A stretch of 64,000 nucleotides of DNA, taken from assembly GCA_965218795.1 (NCBI GenBank), contig OZ244653.1, positions 5,024,001-5,088,000 of the forward strand. The letters are read 5' to 3'. Below, in pieces: positions 29,340 to 40,004 of the stretch. Origin of the DNA: a bacterium (GTDB lineage: Bacteria; UBA8248; JACPRG01; G963555815). The notes beneath the pieces were generated by a model. It worked only from the letters and a program-made list of their open reading frames with translations, was not told the DNA's origin and did no database searches. Position 1 is the stretch's first letter, and each line of letters opens with the position of its first letter. The position numbers and the translations under genes were made by a program.

Positions 29340-30542
29340 ATGACATCCACTCCAGACATGACCCGCTCAGGCCGCCGAGGACTGTACCACCGGAATTTTA
29401 TTCTGAACATTCTTGCGACCTTTATCTTCATGCTTAACTTCACGGCGTTTCATCTTCTCCCGCTGCTGGTGAAGGGGCTCGGAGGCACGGAAGCGGATAT
29501 CGGATTCATCGCCGCCACGGGGTGGATTGCCTCCTTTGTCTTCACCCCGATATCCGGAATGCTGGCGAGTCGGTGGGGCGGGAAGAGAATGCTTTTGTGC
29601 GGGGTAGTCTCCTTGACCCTGGGCGGGGCGGGCTTCCTGCTGGTTGGACGGATTGGACCGTTGATTTACCTTCTCCGTGTCTTCCAGGGGGTCGGCCTTG
29701 CCGTCGCATTGACGGCCGGCTATACGCTGGTCGCCGCTTTCAGCCCGGCGGCCCGCCGCGGCGAGGGCTACGGCATCCACATGGTCTTTACCCTTTTGCC
29801 GCATGCAATCGGTCCCTGGGCCGGTGAGACGGCCATCACGGCCGGGGGATTTCCGGCGCTCCTTCTGCTCGCCGCGGGTTTCGGAGTATTGTCCCTTCTG
29901 TTTGGCGCCATGCTCCGCTCCCCCGAAGGCGCTTGGGAACAAAAGTCCGCAACGTCCTATCCGGCGTTGGTGATCCGGCGTGAAATTTGGCCCGTCATGG
30001 GAACCATCCTGCTTCTGGGGTCGAGCTTCGGATCCGTCCAGACGTTCATCCCCACCTACATCAAGAGCCGAGGTTTCGAGACGGTCAGCTTCTTTTTCAT
30101 CACGTACACCATCGTCGCGGTATGCGTTCGAATTTTCCTGGGCCGACTCTCCGATCGGCTGGGCCGTCGCAGGATTATCCTTCCAAGTCTCTTGGGCATG
30201 GTGTTCGTCGTATCTCTTTTGGCCGTGGCGTCGCAGGCGGTGACATTTACGGCGGCTTCCATCCTGTTCGGTCTCAGCCAGGGACTTTCTCTTCCCACAC
30301 TGGGCGCGCTGCTCGTCGACCGGGTGGAAGAAATGGACCGGGGGCGGATTCTGGGCCTGTACACGGGGTTTTTCCATCTGGGCATATTTCTCAATACGTC
30401 TTCGATGGGGATCGTCGCTGCAAGGTTTGGATATCCACCGCTGTATGGGCTCACTGCGGCCGCGGCCGCGGCGGGCGTCATCCTCTTTGCCGTATATGAT
30501 CCGTCGCGCAGGTCCGGGCCGGCCCTGCCCGGAGGCGCTTGA
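29340..30542 (+). CDS. MFS transporter
   Basis: About 12 hydrophobic segments; GRLSDRLGRR motif A. Confidence 0.85.
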   Translation: MTSTPDMTRSGRRGLYHRNFILNILATFIFMLNFTAFHLLPLLVKGLGGTEADIGFIAATGWIASFVFTPISGMLASRWGGKRMLLCGVVSLTLGGAGFLLVGRIGPLIYLLRVFQGVGLAVALTAGYTLVAAFSPAARRGEGYGIHMVFTLLPHAIGPWAGETAITAGGFPALLLLAAGFGVLSLLFGAMLRSPEGAWEQKSATSYPALVIRREIWPVMGTILLLGSSFGSVQTFIPTYIKSRGFETVSFFFITYTIVAVCVRIFLGRLSDRLGRRRIILPSLLGMVFVVSLLAVASQAVTFTAASILFGLSQGLSLPTLGALLVDRVEEMDRGRILGLYTGFFHLGIFLNTSSMGIVAARFGYPPLYGLTAAAAAAGVILFAVYDPSRRSGPALPGGA

Positions 30543-30634
30543 CGGTCGCCCGGGTTTAGGCGGAGGATCGAATCGGGCCTGCCGGCCGACTCGTGTCCGG
30601 AATGTGCGGGAAACCATCCGGGAAGGAACGTCGC

Positions 30635-31552
30635 GTGAAGATTCTGGTTTCGGGAGGGGCGGGCTTTATCGGTTCGCATGTGACGGATGCATACGCAGGC
30701 GACGGACATGAAACCGTCGTCGTGGACAGCCTGACCCGCGGAAACGAAAGCAACCTGAACACCGCGGCGGCTTTCCACGAGGTGGATCTTTGCGATCGGT
30801 CCGCCCTGGAAGCCGTTTTCGAGAAGGAGCGGCCCGGGTACGTGAATCATCACGCCGCTCAGGTGGATGTGCGGCGGGCGGTGGAAGACCCGTCCTATGA
30901 CGCCCGTCAAAATGTTCTCGGCACAATCAATCTTCTCGAATGTTGCCGTGTGTTTTCCGTTCAGAAATTCGTCTATATCTCGAGCGGGGGGGCCGTCTAC
31001 GGAGAGCCGGCCTCGCTGCCCGTGGCCGAGGACCATCCCATCCGTCCCCTGTCGCCCTATGGCCTCTCAAAGTACATTGGGGAGGAATACGTAGAACTGT
31101 ACAGCCGGCTCCACGGCCTGGATTACACCATTCTCCGGTACCCGAATGTGTACGGTCCGCGGCAGGATCCCAAGGGAGAGGCCGGCGTCGTGGCCATTTT
31201 TGCCCAACTCCTTCGGGCAGGAGAGCGGCCGACCATCTTTGGTGACGGCTCGAAGACTCGGGATTATGTATTTGTCGGGGACCTCGTCCGAGCCAACTTG
31301 CTTGTGACGGGGAACGTCGGAAGCCGTGAGAGGTTCAATCTGGGATGGGGGGAGGAGACCACGGACCAGCAGGTTTTCGAAGCCGTCCGCGATGCGCTCG
31401 GGTCCACAGTGGAACCGATTTACGGTGAAAGGCGCCAAGGCGAGATCGAGCGGATCTGTCTGGACGCCTCCAAGGCGGGAAGGGAGCTGGATTGGCGCCC
31501 GGAAGTGTCTTTTCGGGAGGGGGTGAAGCGGACGGTGGAATCCGGTCGGTGA
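30635..31552 (+). CDS. NAD-dependent epimerase (UDP-glucose 4-epimerase-like)
   Basis: VSGGAGFIGS, SSGGAVYG, YGLSK, NVYGPRQ; GTG start. Confidence 0.9.
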   Translation: MKILVSGGAGFIGSHVTDAYAGDGHETVVVDSLTRGNESNLNTAAAFHEVDLCDRSALEAVFEKERPGYVNHHAAQVDVRRAVEDPSYDARQNVLGTINLLECCRVFSVQKFVYISSGGAVYGEPASLPVAEDHPIRPLSPYGLSKYIGEEYVELYSRLHGLDYTILRYPNVYGPRQDPKGEAGVVAIFAQLLRAGERPTIFGDGSKTRDYVFVGDLVRANLLVTGNVGSRERFNLGWGEETTDQQVFEAVRDALGSTVEPIYGERRQGEIERICLDASKAGRELDWRPEVSFREGVKRTVESGR

Positions 31553-31664
31553 CGGAGCCGCCCCGGATGATTCTGTATTCTGCACCTGCCCGCAATTTTG
31601 GGACTGGACGATAAGCGGCATTCTCAAAAGGTCGTGGAGTTCACCATGACACTCGACAAATCAC

Positions 31665-31865
31665 CTGAATCCCTTTATTTCACGATGCCCCTCTCCCTGG
31701 GTCAGCCGAATCATCGGTTTGGCCCTCGTCCTGGTGACTGCGGCGTCCTGCGCCATGACGGCGGGTGGCTTCAACCTGAGGGGATTGCCGCCTCGAACCG
31801 AGGCAATTACGATGAGCACTCCGGCTCTACCGGAAGTCCTTGGGCTTAACCCCCGATGACCGGCG
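31665..31865 (+). pseudogene. Possible decayed TPR lipoprotein
   Basis: Across frames: IIGLALVLVTAASC (lipobox-like), EGIAASNRGNYDE, ALRLYRKSLGLTPDD (TPR-like). Confidence 0.35.
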
Positions 31866-32102
31866 GTCAACGCAAATCCCGGTTGGGCGTATGACCACAC
31901 GAAGAATGATAAGGAAGCCGAGGTTTACCTTTGAGGCAAGTCCGTCTCGCCCGGAAATTCTCAGTCTCAGTCCGACCGATACGCGGCCAATGACCCCTCA
32001 AGAGATCTTCCGGGAGTTCTCCCCCCTGCGTCGTTCTCATCGAGACCCGATGAACCGTTCAGCCCACGCGGACTTCCGGCCTGTATCTTGCTTGAGGGGA
32101 TC

Positions 32103-33248
32103 CTACACGTTCAGGGTCTTGGCCATCGCCTCGGCAATGAAGCGAACCTGGTCCTGTTCCAGTTCCGGATACATCGGCAACGACAATATCTCATCGGCCG
32201 CTCGCTCGGATATCGGGAAGTCGCCTCTCCGTCCTCCCTCGTCCGCCAGCGCGGGCTGAAGGTGCAGCGGGAGGGCGTAGTGCAGCCCCGTCTCGATGCC
32301 TTCCCGGCCGAGGGCTTCCCGGACCCGGTCCCGCTCCGGCGTGCGAACCGCGTATAGGTGATAGACGGACCTCCTGCCTTCCGGCTCCGACGGCAGGGTG
32401 AGCGGCAGTCCGTCCAGCGCTTCGCGGTACCAGCGGGCGACCTGTCTGCGCTCCTCGGTCCATTGTTCGAGATGTTCCAGCTTGACCTTCAAGACCGCCG
32501 CCTGCAGGGCATCCAATCGGTCATTGCTGCCGATCTCTCCATGCAGGTATTTCTCCGTTCGGCCGTGATTGCCGGCCCTTCGAATTCGGTGGGCCAGCTC
32601 TTCATCGGCTGTCACGACGGCCCCTGCATCCCCGACGGCTCCCAGGTTCTTGCTGGGGAAAAAGCTGAAGCACCCGGCGTCACCCAATGACCCCGCCCGC
32701 CTCCCGTCCACTTCTGCCCCGTGAGCCTGGGCAGCGTCCTCTATCACCTTGAGATTGCGTTTGTCCGCCATCTCGCGGAGAGCGTTCATCTCCGCAGGCA
32801 GACCGAACAAGTGAACCGCGAGGACGGCCTTGGTGTTTTCCCTCAAGGCATTTTCCGCCTTGGCCGGGTCCAGGCAGAGGGTTTCGGCGTCGACGTCCAC
32901 GAATACAGGCTTGGCGCCGACGGACCGGACGGCTGCCGCCGTGGCGATAAAGGTAAAGACGGGAACAAGAACGGAATCCCCCGGACCGATTCCAAGGGCC
33001 CGAAGCGCATGGATGAGGGCGGCGGTGCCGGAAGAGACCCCTGTACAGAACGGAGCACGGCAAAAAGCGGCGAAACCTTCCTCGAATTCCTCCACCACAG
33101 GCCCCCCGATGTAACGGCCGGAGCGGATCACAGAGAGAACGGCTCCGTCAATTTCGTCGCGAATTCGTTCGTATTGGGCCTGGACGTCACAAAGCGGAAT
33201 GGCTTCCGTTGCTCGCACGGAGAAATGCTCCTGAAGGATGCGTTTCAT
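32103..33248 (-). CDS. DegT/DnrJ/EryC1/StrS sugar aminotransferase
   Basis: SSGTAAL, IEDAAQAHGA, FSFFPSKNLG, LSLPMYP. Confidence 0.92.
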   Translation of the reverse strand: MKRILQEHFSVRATEAIPLCDVQAQYERIRDEIDGAVLSVIRSGRYIGGPVVEEFEEGFAAFCRAPFCTGVSSGTAALIHALRALGIGPGDSVLVPVFTFIATAAAVRSVGAKPVFVDVDAETLCLDPAKAENALRENTKAVLAVHLFGLPAEMNALREMADKRNLKVIEDAAQAHGAEVDGRRAGSLGDAGCFSFFPSKNLGAVGDAGAVVTADEELAHRIRRAGNHGRTEKYLHGEIGSNDRLDALQAAVLKVKLEHLEQWTEERRQVARWYREALDGLPLTLPSEPEGRRSVYHLYAVRTPERDRVREALGREGIETGLHYALPLHLQPALADEGGRRGDFPISERAADEILSLPMYPELEQDQVRFIAEAMAKTLNV

Positions 33249-33334
33249 CGCCGGAGGGAATATCCCTGCCTGTTATGGTCTGCTTAGGATAGACGCTGAC
33301 AGGGAAATTACAAAGAGCGACGAGGGGTGAATCG

Positions 33335-34078
33335 TCAAAAAAGCAGAAGCTTGACAGACCCGGAAACGGCAATGACGAGAATGACAAAATTGAATATCCG
33401 GTTGGATACGGCCTTGTGCGCTCGATATCCCAGATAAGCTCCGAACGCCAGGATGGGAACTGTATATGCGGCGCCCAGGATGATCTGTGCGTTCGTGATT
33501 CCGGCGTAATAGTAGGTTCCCAGTTTGAACAAATTCGTGATGCCGAAGAGGCCGAAGCCGGTGGCGACGACCGCCTCTTTCTTGAGGCCTCTGGAGACAA
33601 AATAGGGCGTCGTGATGATCCCTCCGGAATGGGCGGCCGTCGTGCTGAAGCCGGCCAATATCCCGATCGAATAACCCACCATGCGGGAGGGGGGCACATA
33701 GGTGAATTCCGATTGCCGGATTTGCCTGACGATGTGATAAAGGGAATAAAAAAGGGCGAATCCGCCGATCAGGTTCCGAATCCCCACGTCGGACAAATAG
33801 GTCAATAGCGCGGTCCCCCCGATCGTGCCGATCGCCATGCTGGGGAGGATGGCCAAGACGAATTTTCCGTCCCACTTTTTCCAAAAGAAGTAGATGACCA
33901 GCAGGTCGCCCAGGACCATGAGAGGAGCGATGATCCCCATCGTCAAGCGGGCCGAGATCAAAATGGTGACAATGGGGGCGGTGACCATACCGATTCCGCC
34001 GCCGAAACTCGTCTTGAAGAAGCCGGTCATAAAGCTCGCGAGCACAAATGCCCACAGGGTGTTCGAGGTCAGATCCAT
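33335..34078 (-). CDS. TauE/SafE family membrane transporter
   Basis: GFFKTSFGGG, GFSTTAAHSGG, about 8 TM helices. Confidence 0.8.
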   Translation of the reverse strand: MDLTSNTLWAFVLASFMTGFFKTSFGGGIGMVTAPIVTILISARLTMGIIAPLMVLGDLLVIYFFWKKWDGKFVLAILPSMAIGTIGGTALLTYLSDVGIRNLIGGFALFYSLYHIVRQIRQSEFTYVPPSRMVGYSIGILAGFSTTAAHSGGIITTPYFVSRGLKKEAVVATGFGLFGITNLFKLGTYYYAGITNAQIILGAAYTVPILAFGAYLGYRAHKAVSNRIFNFVILVIAVSGSVKLLLF

Positions 34079-34108
34079 CGGGTGATCGCCCCACTCCTTT
34101 CCGAAGGC

Positions 34109-34849
34109 CTAGAAGAACAGCTTGATCGCCCCCGCGAGGGCCAGAATCAGCGCCACCCGGTTGAACGTCTCGCGGGAAACCGTCCGGTTCACCCATCGAC
34201 CGATGAATCCGCCGAGGACCGCCACGGGAAGCACAATAAGCGTCCACATGATGATCTTCCAATTCACCATGCCGACGCCGACATAGGAGCCGAGCTTAAT
34301 CCAGTTGCAGACCGCGAACAGGGCGAAGTTCGTGGCGACGATTCCCTCCTTCGATAAGCCGCTGGCCACGAAGTAAGGGACGCTGATGGCCCCCCCGGAA
34401 TGGGCGGCGGAAGAGCTGAAACCTGAAAAAAATCCAATGATGCTCCCGATGCCCTTTTTGGGGGGGACGTAGATGAGCTCCCCCTGCCGATACATGCTCA
34501 AGAGTTGATAGCCGGCAAACAGCAACACCAGGATCCCAATGGCGATTCGCGCCTCCGTATTCGACAGCCGGCTCACCAGGAGCGTGCCGGCGACCACGCC
34601 GACGGCCATGGTCGGCAGCATCACCCAGAAAAACTTGGCGTCCCATTTCCGCCAGAGGAAGTACACGACCGCCATATCGCCAATGATCATCATGGGGGAA
34701 AGGATGCCGAGGACGAAGCGGGGCGCCAGGTAGATACTCAGGACCGGGGCCAGAACCAGACCAACCCCCGTCCCGAAGCTCGTTTTGGAAAGTCCGACGG
34801 CGAAGGCCGAGATGAGATAGCCCGACAGCTCGGCCCAGGTGATGCTCAT
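34109..34849 (-). CDS. TauE/SafE family membrane transporter (tandem paralogue)
   Basis: GLSKTSFGTG, GFSSSAAHSGG. Confidence 0.8.
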   Translation of the reverse strand: MSITWAELSGYLISAFAVGLSKTSFGTGVGLVLAPVLSIYLAPRFVLGILSPMMIIGDMAVVYFLWRKWDAKFFWVMLPTMAVGVVAGTLLVSRLSNTEARIAIGILVLLFAGYQLLSMYRQGELIYVPPKKGIGSIIGFFSGFSSSAAHSGGAISVPYFVASGLSKEGIVATNFALFAVCNWIKLGSYVGVGMVNWKIIMWTLIVLPVAVLGGFIGRWVNRTVSRETFNRVALILALAGAIKLFF

Positions 34850-36219
34850 ATGCGGGATAACTCGTTCAACAGGTGGCAGGCGGTCCGAATGCCTCGGTGG
34901 ATGCAGTCCAGCGGCATCCGTTCATTGGGGGAGTGGGTTCGATCGTCGGGTCCGCCCAAGGGAACCAGCAGGCTGTCCAGGCCGAGAACGTCTTGCAGCG
35001 ACCCCACCACTGGAATGGTCCCGCCCTCCCGGACCAGGACAGGTTCGCGCCCGAACCCCTTTTCCAGCGCGGCCCGGGCGGCTTGGACGCCGGGACCTTT
35101 GGCATCCACCAGGACGGCCCGGCTTCCCCAGTAGCGCGCCACATCCACATGGACGGTCTCCGGCAACCGTTCACGAATCGCGGCCTCGACCAGATCGTTG
35201 ATGTTCTCCGGATTCTGATGCGGGACCAGACGCATGCTGATTTTGGCGGACGCCCTGGAAGGGATGATGGTCTTGGCCCCCGGCCCCTGATAGCCGCTGG
35301 AGATCCCATTGATGTCCAGGGTCGGTCGGGCCCATCGCCGTTCCAGGGTCGAGTACCCATCTTCTCCCGTCAGGATCGGGGCTCCGGTCATTTTTCGGAA
35401 CGCCTCCTCGTCGAACGGAAGGGCTGCGAACGCCTCGCGCTCCCAGTCTTCGAGTGGCGCAACGTCGTCGTAGAAACCCGGAACGTTCACCGTTCCGTCC
35501 GGATTCTGAAGGGAAGCCAGGATGCGGGTCAGGACGTTGGCCGGGTTGCCGACGGACCCGCCGTAGCCGCCCGAGTGCAGATCCTGATTCGGCCCGAATA
35601 AGGAAACCTCCAGGTAAGAGAGGCCCCGCAGTCCATACATGATGGCCGGCATGCCCTCGGAGAACATCGAGGTATCCGAAACCACTGCATAGTGCGCCTC
35701 CAACCGCTCCTCATTGGCCTTCATGAAGTCTTCCAGATTCGGGCTGCCGATCTCCTCTTCCCCCTCGATCATGAATTTCACGTTCATCGGCAGACGGCCG
35801 CGGACCTGTTGATAGATTTCCATGGCCTTGAGGTGACAGAAGTTTTGTCCCTTGTTGTCATGGGCCCCCCGCGCGTACACATAGCCGTCTCGAACGGTTG
35901 GCTCGAAGGGATCGGATTCCCACAAGTCAAGAGGATCGGGCGGCTGCACGTCGTAGTGGCCGTAAATGAGGACCGTGGGAATCGAAGGATCCTCAATGCG
36001 CTCGCCGTAGACGACCGGATGTCGAGACGTTGGATGGATCTCGCCGGTGAAGCCGGCTTCCCGCAATTTTCCCAGCACGTACTCTGCGCAGCGGCCGACT
36101 TCAGCGTTGTGCCGTGGGTCCGTACTGATGCTCTCAATGCGGAGGTAGGTCTTCAGCTCTTCGATGAAGGCGTCACGCTGCGAGTCAATGGCGTCGAGGA
36201 TGTCTTGCACGTCAAGCAA
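34846..36219 (-). CDS. M20 dipeptidase
   Basis: YGHYDVQP, ARGAHDNKG, EGEEEIGS, DLHSG, HSPNE. Confidence 0.9.
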   Translation of the reverse strand: MLDVQDILDAIDSQRDAFIEELKTYLRIESISTDPRHNAEVGRCAEYVLGKLREAGFTGEIHPTSRHPVVYGERIEDPSIPTVLIYGHYDVQPPDPLDLWESDPFEPTVRDGYVYARGAHDNKGQNFCHLKAMEIYQQVRGRLPMNVKFMIEGEEEIGSPNLEDFMKANEERLEAHYAVVSDTSMFSEGMPAIMYGLRGLSYLEVSLFGPNQDLHSGGYGGSVGNPANVLTRILASLQNPDGTVNVPGFYDDVAPLEDWEREAFAALPFDEEAFRKMTGAPILTGEDGYSTLERRWARPTLDINGISSGYQGPGAKTIIPSRASAKISMRLVPHQNPENINDLVEAAIRERLPETVHVDVARYWGSRAVLVDAKGPGVQAARAALEKGFGREPVLVREGGTIPVVGSLQDVLGLDSLLVPLGGPDDRTHSPNERMPLDCIHRGIRTACHLLNELSRI

Positions 36220-36583
36220 TCTCCGGACAGGGGTCTACTCGGTGGCTTCCAGAAGTCTGAATTATAGCCCGGATTTCAAAGGGGGCGTTACCACCCCTGC
36301 GTGATCCCCATTTCGAGAGGATGTCAGAGAGGACGTCAGAAATGATGGAGACCCTTATCCAGGGGGGCTTCTTGGGCGGCGCGTTGCCTCCGCCGGGCTG
36401 AATCGTGGAATCGAACATCATTCACCCTTGTGTCCGGCGAAAACAGTGCAGGCCCCGCCCGCCCCCCGGAGCTCTTATCGAAAAAACAGGAATCTCTGGG
36501 CCGTATCCCTGATTGACTCCCCCGAGGCGGGAAAATATCATGGCTGGAGAATTCGTGCTCTCCCTGGATCGAGGAAGGCTCAG

Positions 36584-37597
36584 ATGAAGTTCGTCCGGGA
36601 ATTGGAAGTGGAAGATCAGATTGTCGGCTTCTTCCGCGTTTCTTCCAAACAGGTGCGGGAAACCCGAAGCGGAAAGCCCTACCTCGACCTCTCTTTGTCG
36701 GATAAGACCGGTGAGATCAACGCCAAGATGTGGGAGGATCCGGAAGCCAAATGGGACGAGATCGGTCCGGGCGATGTTGTGAAGGTACAGGCCCGGGTCG
36801 ATCAGTACGACAACAAACTCCAACTCATCTTACAGCGGGTCCGGGCCGCATTGCCGGAAGACGCGGACGCCGGCTACGATGCCTCCCGCTTTGAGGAATC
36901 CTCAGAGTATGACATCGACGCGATGTGGGAGGAGCTTTGGGGTTACGCGGAAGGGCTTTCGGAACCCCTGAAGAGCCTGGCGACCGGCCTTCTCGAAGAG
37001 CGACGGGAGAATTTTTGCCGGGGTCCGGCCTCCTCCCACCTTCATCATCCCTATGTGGGCGGGTTGCTGGAGCATACGCTCAATGTCGTCCGCACCTGCG
37101 ATTATTTTTCCGGCCGGTATCCGGTCCGCCGCGATCTCCTTCTCGCCGGGGCGATCCTCCACGACATCGGAAAGTTGGAGGAGATCCGTCCGCACCCGGA
37201 GAATGAATACACCATGTCGGGGAAACTCATCGGTCATACCGTTCAGGGGTGGGGAATGATGCAGGTCAAGGCGAACGAGTTGGGGGCGTTGGATGAAAAC
37301 ATCCTGACACTGCTCGGCCATCTGATCCTGAGCCATCAGGGGCGACCCGAGTGGAATGCTCCCCGCGTCCCCCAGACGCTGGAAGCCATGGTTCTGCATT
37401 ACGCGGACGACCTCGACGCAAAGGTGGAGATCTTTCGCCGGGCCGTAGAGCGTGATCCGAATGAAGGAGAGTTTACTCCACGGCATCGAACCATGGGACG
37501 GGAGTTCTACAAGTCCACATATCAAGAAGTCCAGGAGGGATCGGAGGGCGCGCCTGCGCCTTCGAACGATCCTTCAGATTCCGGCCTGAATCCCTGA
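36584..37597 (+). CDS. YhaM-like 3'-5' exoribonuclease (OB fold + HD domain)
   Basis: DKTGEINAKMW, HHPYVGGLLEH, LHDIGK, LHYADDLDAK. Confidence 0.85.
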   Translation: MKFVRELEVEDQIVGFFRVSSKQVRETRSGKPYLDLSLSDKTGEINAKMWEDPEAKWDEIGPGDVVKVQARVDQYDNKLQLILQRVRAALPEDADAGYDASRFEESSEYDIDAMWEELWGYAEGLSEPLKSLATGLLEERRENFCRGPASSHLHHPYVGGLLEHTLNVVRTCDYFSGRYPVRRDLLLAGAILHDIGKLEEIRPHPENEYTMSGKLIGHTVQGWGMMQVKANELGALDENILTLLGHLILSHQGRPEWNAPRVPQTLEAMVLHYADDLDAKVEIFRRAVERDPNEGEFTPRHRTMGREFYKSTYQEVQEGSEGAPAPSNDPSDSGLNP

Positions 37598-37681
37598 GAT
37601 AGATTTTTCGGAGCGGCCCGCACCGGAATCCCCGCCGACGTCTGCTGAATATCCGGTGAAAAAGAGAACCCGCGTTCGGGA

Positions 37682-37906
37682 TCAGGATTCGGTAAGCAGG
37701 ACCCGGTGCTCGGCTTCTTCGATCTCGGCCCACTCTTTCGGGCCGACGGCGACGTTCGTGTTACGGGCCCGGTTAGCGACGATGACCGGATCGAGAATTT
37801 CACCGCAGCACATACAGTGCCACCCGTAAAAATGGCCGGCCAAGTCGGATCCAAATCCGTAATGCTTGAAGTTCGTCATCAATCCCCCGCATTTCGGGCA
37901 TTTCAT
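37682..37906 (-). CDS. Small zinc-ribbon protein
   Basis: MKCPKCGGLM...GWHCMCCGEILDPVIVANR; GGAGG RBS. Confidence 0.65.
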   Translation of the reverse strand: MKCPKCGGLMTNFKHYGFGSDLAGHFYGWHCMCCGEILDPVIVANRARNTNVAVGPKEWAEIEEAEHRVLLTES

Positions 37907-38146
37907 GGGCTGAGTCCCTCCTTCCTGAGCGTGGGCGAATTCTGCGCACGCAACGAGGAGAAAGATGGAGTCATCCCCTTGGAGCAGGCGGTCGGCGTCT
38001 AGCCGGGCGCGTTCGCGCCTCGTCCCGGAAGCTGTCGAGCCTTTGGAACGCCTTTCAGGGTTTCTTTGACATCCTCCTCCTGTCCTCCAAAGGGAGGCGG
38101 CAGAACCGCCCGCTTCAATGCCTTCCGTAACAGTATTCACTGAGGA

Positions 38147-38599
38147 TCAGCCCGAAAACTCCCCGAGCAGGCTTTCCTGGCTGGAGCGTTCGACCAGGGC
38201 CGCCAACTCGCCAACCGTCCGGTTGGACAAGGCATGGTCGATGGCGTCCTGGATCTCCCGCCAAATGGGGATCTGATAGCAGCAGTCCGCCCGCCCGCAA
38301 GCGCCTTCGAAGGGAATACATTCGTGTACGACTACCGGACCGTCAACGGTCTCGATAATCTCCTTAAAGGTGATCTGACCGGGGTGTCGCGCCAGCCGAT
38401 ACCCGCCGGCGCCCTCATACTCCACCTGGACATAGCCGTGATGCACCAAGGGCCGCAACAATGTCTCCAGGAAGGCACCCGGAACGCGTTCACGCTCCGC
38501 GATCTCCGCCAACGGGGCCAAACGATCTTCTTTCAATGTCGCCAGATATCCAACGACCCGCAGAGCGAAGTCCGCCTTGCGGCTGATCTGCATCTGCAT
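38147..38599 (-). CDS. Rrf2-family transcriptional regulator
   Basis: ISRKADFALR, GAGGYRLAR, Cys cluster C-x6-C-x4-CC. Confidence 0.88.
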   Translation of the reverse strand: MQMQISRKADFALRVVGYLATLKEDRLAPLAEIAERERVPGAFLETLLRPLVHHGYVQVEYEGAGGYRLARHPGQITFKEIIETVDGPVVVHECIPFEGACGRADCCYQIPIWREIQDAIDHALSNRTVGELAALVERSSQESLLGEFSG

Positions 38600-38756
38600 C
38601 GCAAACTTCCTTACCGCCTGAACCGCTTCGTGAGTGGAATTATCGGAGACCAAAACAGTCGGATATAAACTAGGCTGCCCATTCCTTCTTGTCAAGCGGT
38701 TTCAGGAAAATCCCTGAAGCAAGGTCCATCCTGCACAACCCCTTGAAATCCCTTGA

Positions 38757-39974
38757 TCAATTCGATCCTTCGATCCGTTTCGGGAAAAGCTCTCCCACCT
38801 GATAGAGGGGTGACTGAATGGCGGAAAGACCCTTGGCCTCTTCCTCACCGACTCCCTTCTCCTGGAGCAGGACCTTGAGCGTGCCGCCCAGTCCGCCGGG
38901 AAGCAGGAGATTCTTGATCGCCAGATTTCGGTAGATCCCCCCGATGTGATCTCCCTCCGCGCTCTCGGCAAGTGGAGACAGCTCGCCCGCGATGCCGAGG
39001 CCCACGAGTGCGTGATGTTGATCGGTGAAACCGGCCGTATGCAGACCCGTATCCATTCCGGCCAGGGCCAGGCTCGAAAAATCCACATGCGCGGTCATAT
39101 CCTGTTCACCCACATGGATATAAGCGTCCGCGTGGGCCCGGTGGCGATGGTAGCACATCAACATGCCGCCCCCCGCGATCCTTCTCGCAGAGAACAGATC
39201 TCCCGCCGGATAACCGTAATCGAGGGTGAGGACGAATCCGCGGTCGAGTTTCTTGCCGAGCGTTTCCATGATTGCGGCAGCGCGCAGGTTCACCTCGGCG
39301 CGGTCATCGTCCCTCCCGTCATTGAACGAGATGGCCAGACGGTCGAAGTACCTCTGCAGTTCCACGGTCGACGGATCGTCCAGCTCCTCAAAAAATTCGG
39401 CGTTCCTCGCCCGGACATACACCTCGAGAAGCCGGCCGCCGAGGGGGCAGACCCTGTGGACCGGCAGGGCATCAAAGAACTCGTTGGAATAGATCACGCC
39501 GGTGATTCCGGATGGGAGCGCCCCGACGGAGTCCAGCCATGCGATCCGGTCCCGTTGGTCAAGCCCCTCGGACTCGAGACCCCGTAGAAGGGTGTCGAGC
39601 CGCGCCGGGCTTTTCTCCACGGCGATATAGGTCGTGCGCGACATGCAGTCCGGCGCATCGGATTCCAGATGGCGGCAAACGTCCCGGCAAAGGAGTCCGC
39701 GGCCAGCACCCAGTTCAATCACGTGAAAATTCTCCGGCTCGCCCAGGACCCTCCACATTTCGGCAAATTGGCGCGCCAGGCATCGGCCAAACACCTCGCC
39801 GACGTCCGGGCTCGTGTAGTAATCGCGTTCCCGGGGTTCCGGCGGAAGCGGCCTCATGTAATAGCCGTGGTCGGGGTCGTAGAGGGCGCGCTCCATAAAG
39901 CGCGCGAACGGGATCCGCCCGTCGCCGATCTCCTCGGCGATTTGAAGCGCGAGGGGCGTCGGGTCCATTTTCAT
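38757..39974 (-). CDS. MidA/NDUFAF7-family SAM-dependent methyltransferase
   Basis: FMERALY, DYYTSP, ELGAGRG, SNEFFDALP, QDMTAHVDF. Confidence 0.88.
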   Translation of the reverse strand: MKMDPTPLALQIAEEIGDGRIPFARFMERALYDPDHGYYMRPLPPEPRERDYYTSPDVGEVFGRCLARQFAEMWRVLGEPENFHVIELGAGRGLLCRDVCRHLESDAPDCMSRTTYIAVEKSPARLDTLLRGLESEGLDQRDRIAWLDSVGALPSGITGVIYSNEFFDALPVHRVCPLGGRLLEVYVRARNAEFFEELDDPSTVELQRYFDRLAISFNDGRDDDRAEVNLRAAAIMETLGKKLDRGFVLTLDYGYPAGDLFSARRIAGGGMLMCYHRHRAHADAYIHVGEQDMTAHVDFSSLALAGMDTGLHTAGFTDQHHALVGLGIAGELSPLAESAEGDHIGGIYRNLAIKNLLLPGGLGGTLKVLLQEKGVGEEEAKGLSAIQSPLYQVGELFPKRIEGSN

Positions 39975-40004
39975 TGCGGCGGGCAGAGAGGTGGAAAGGG
40001 AGAA

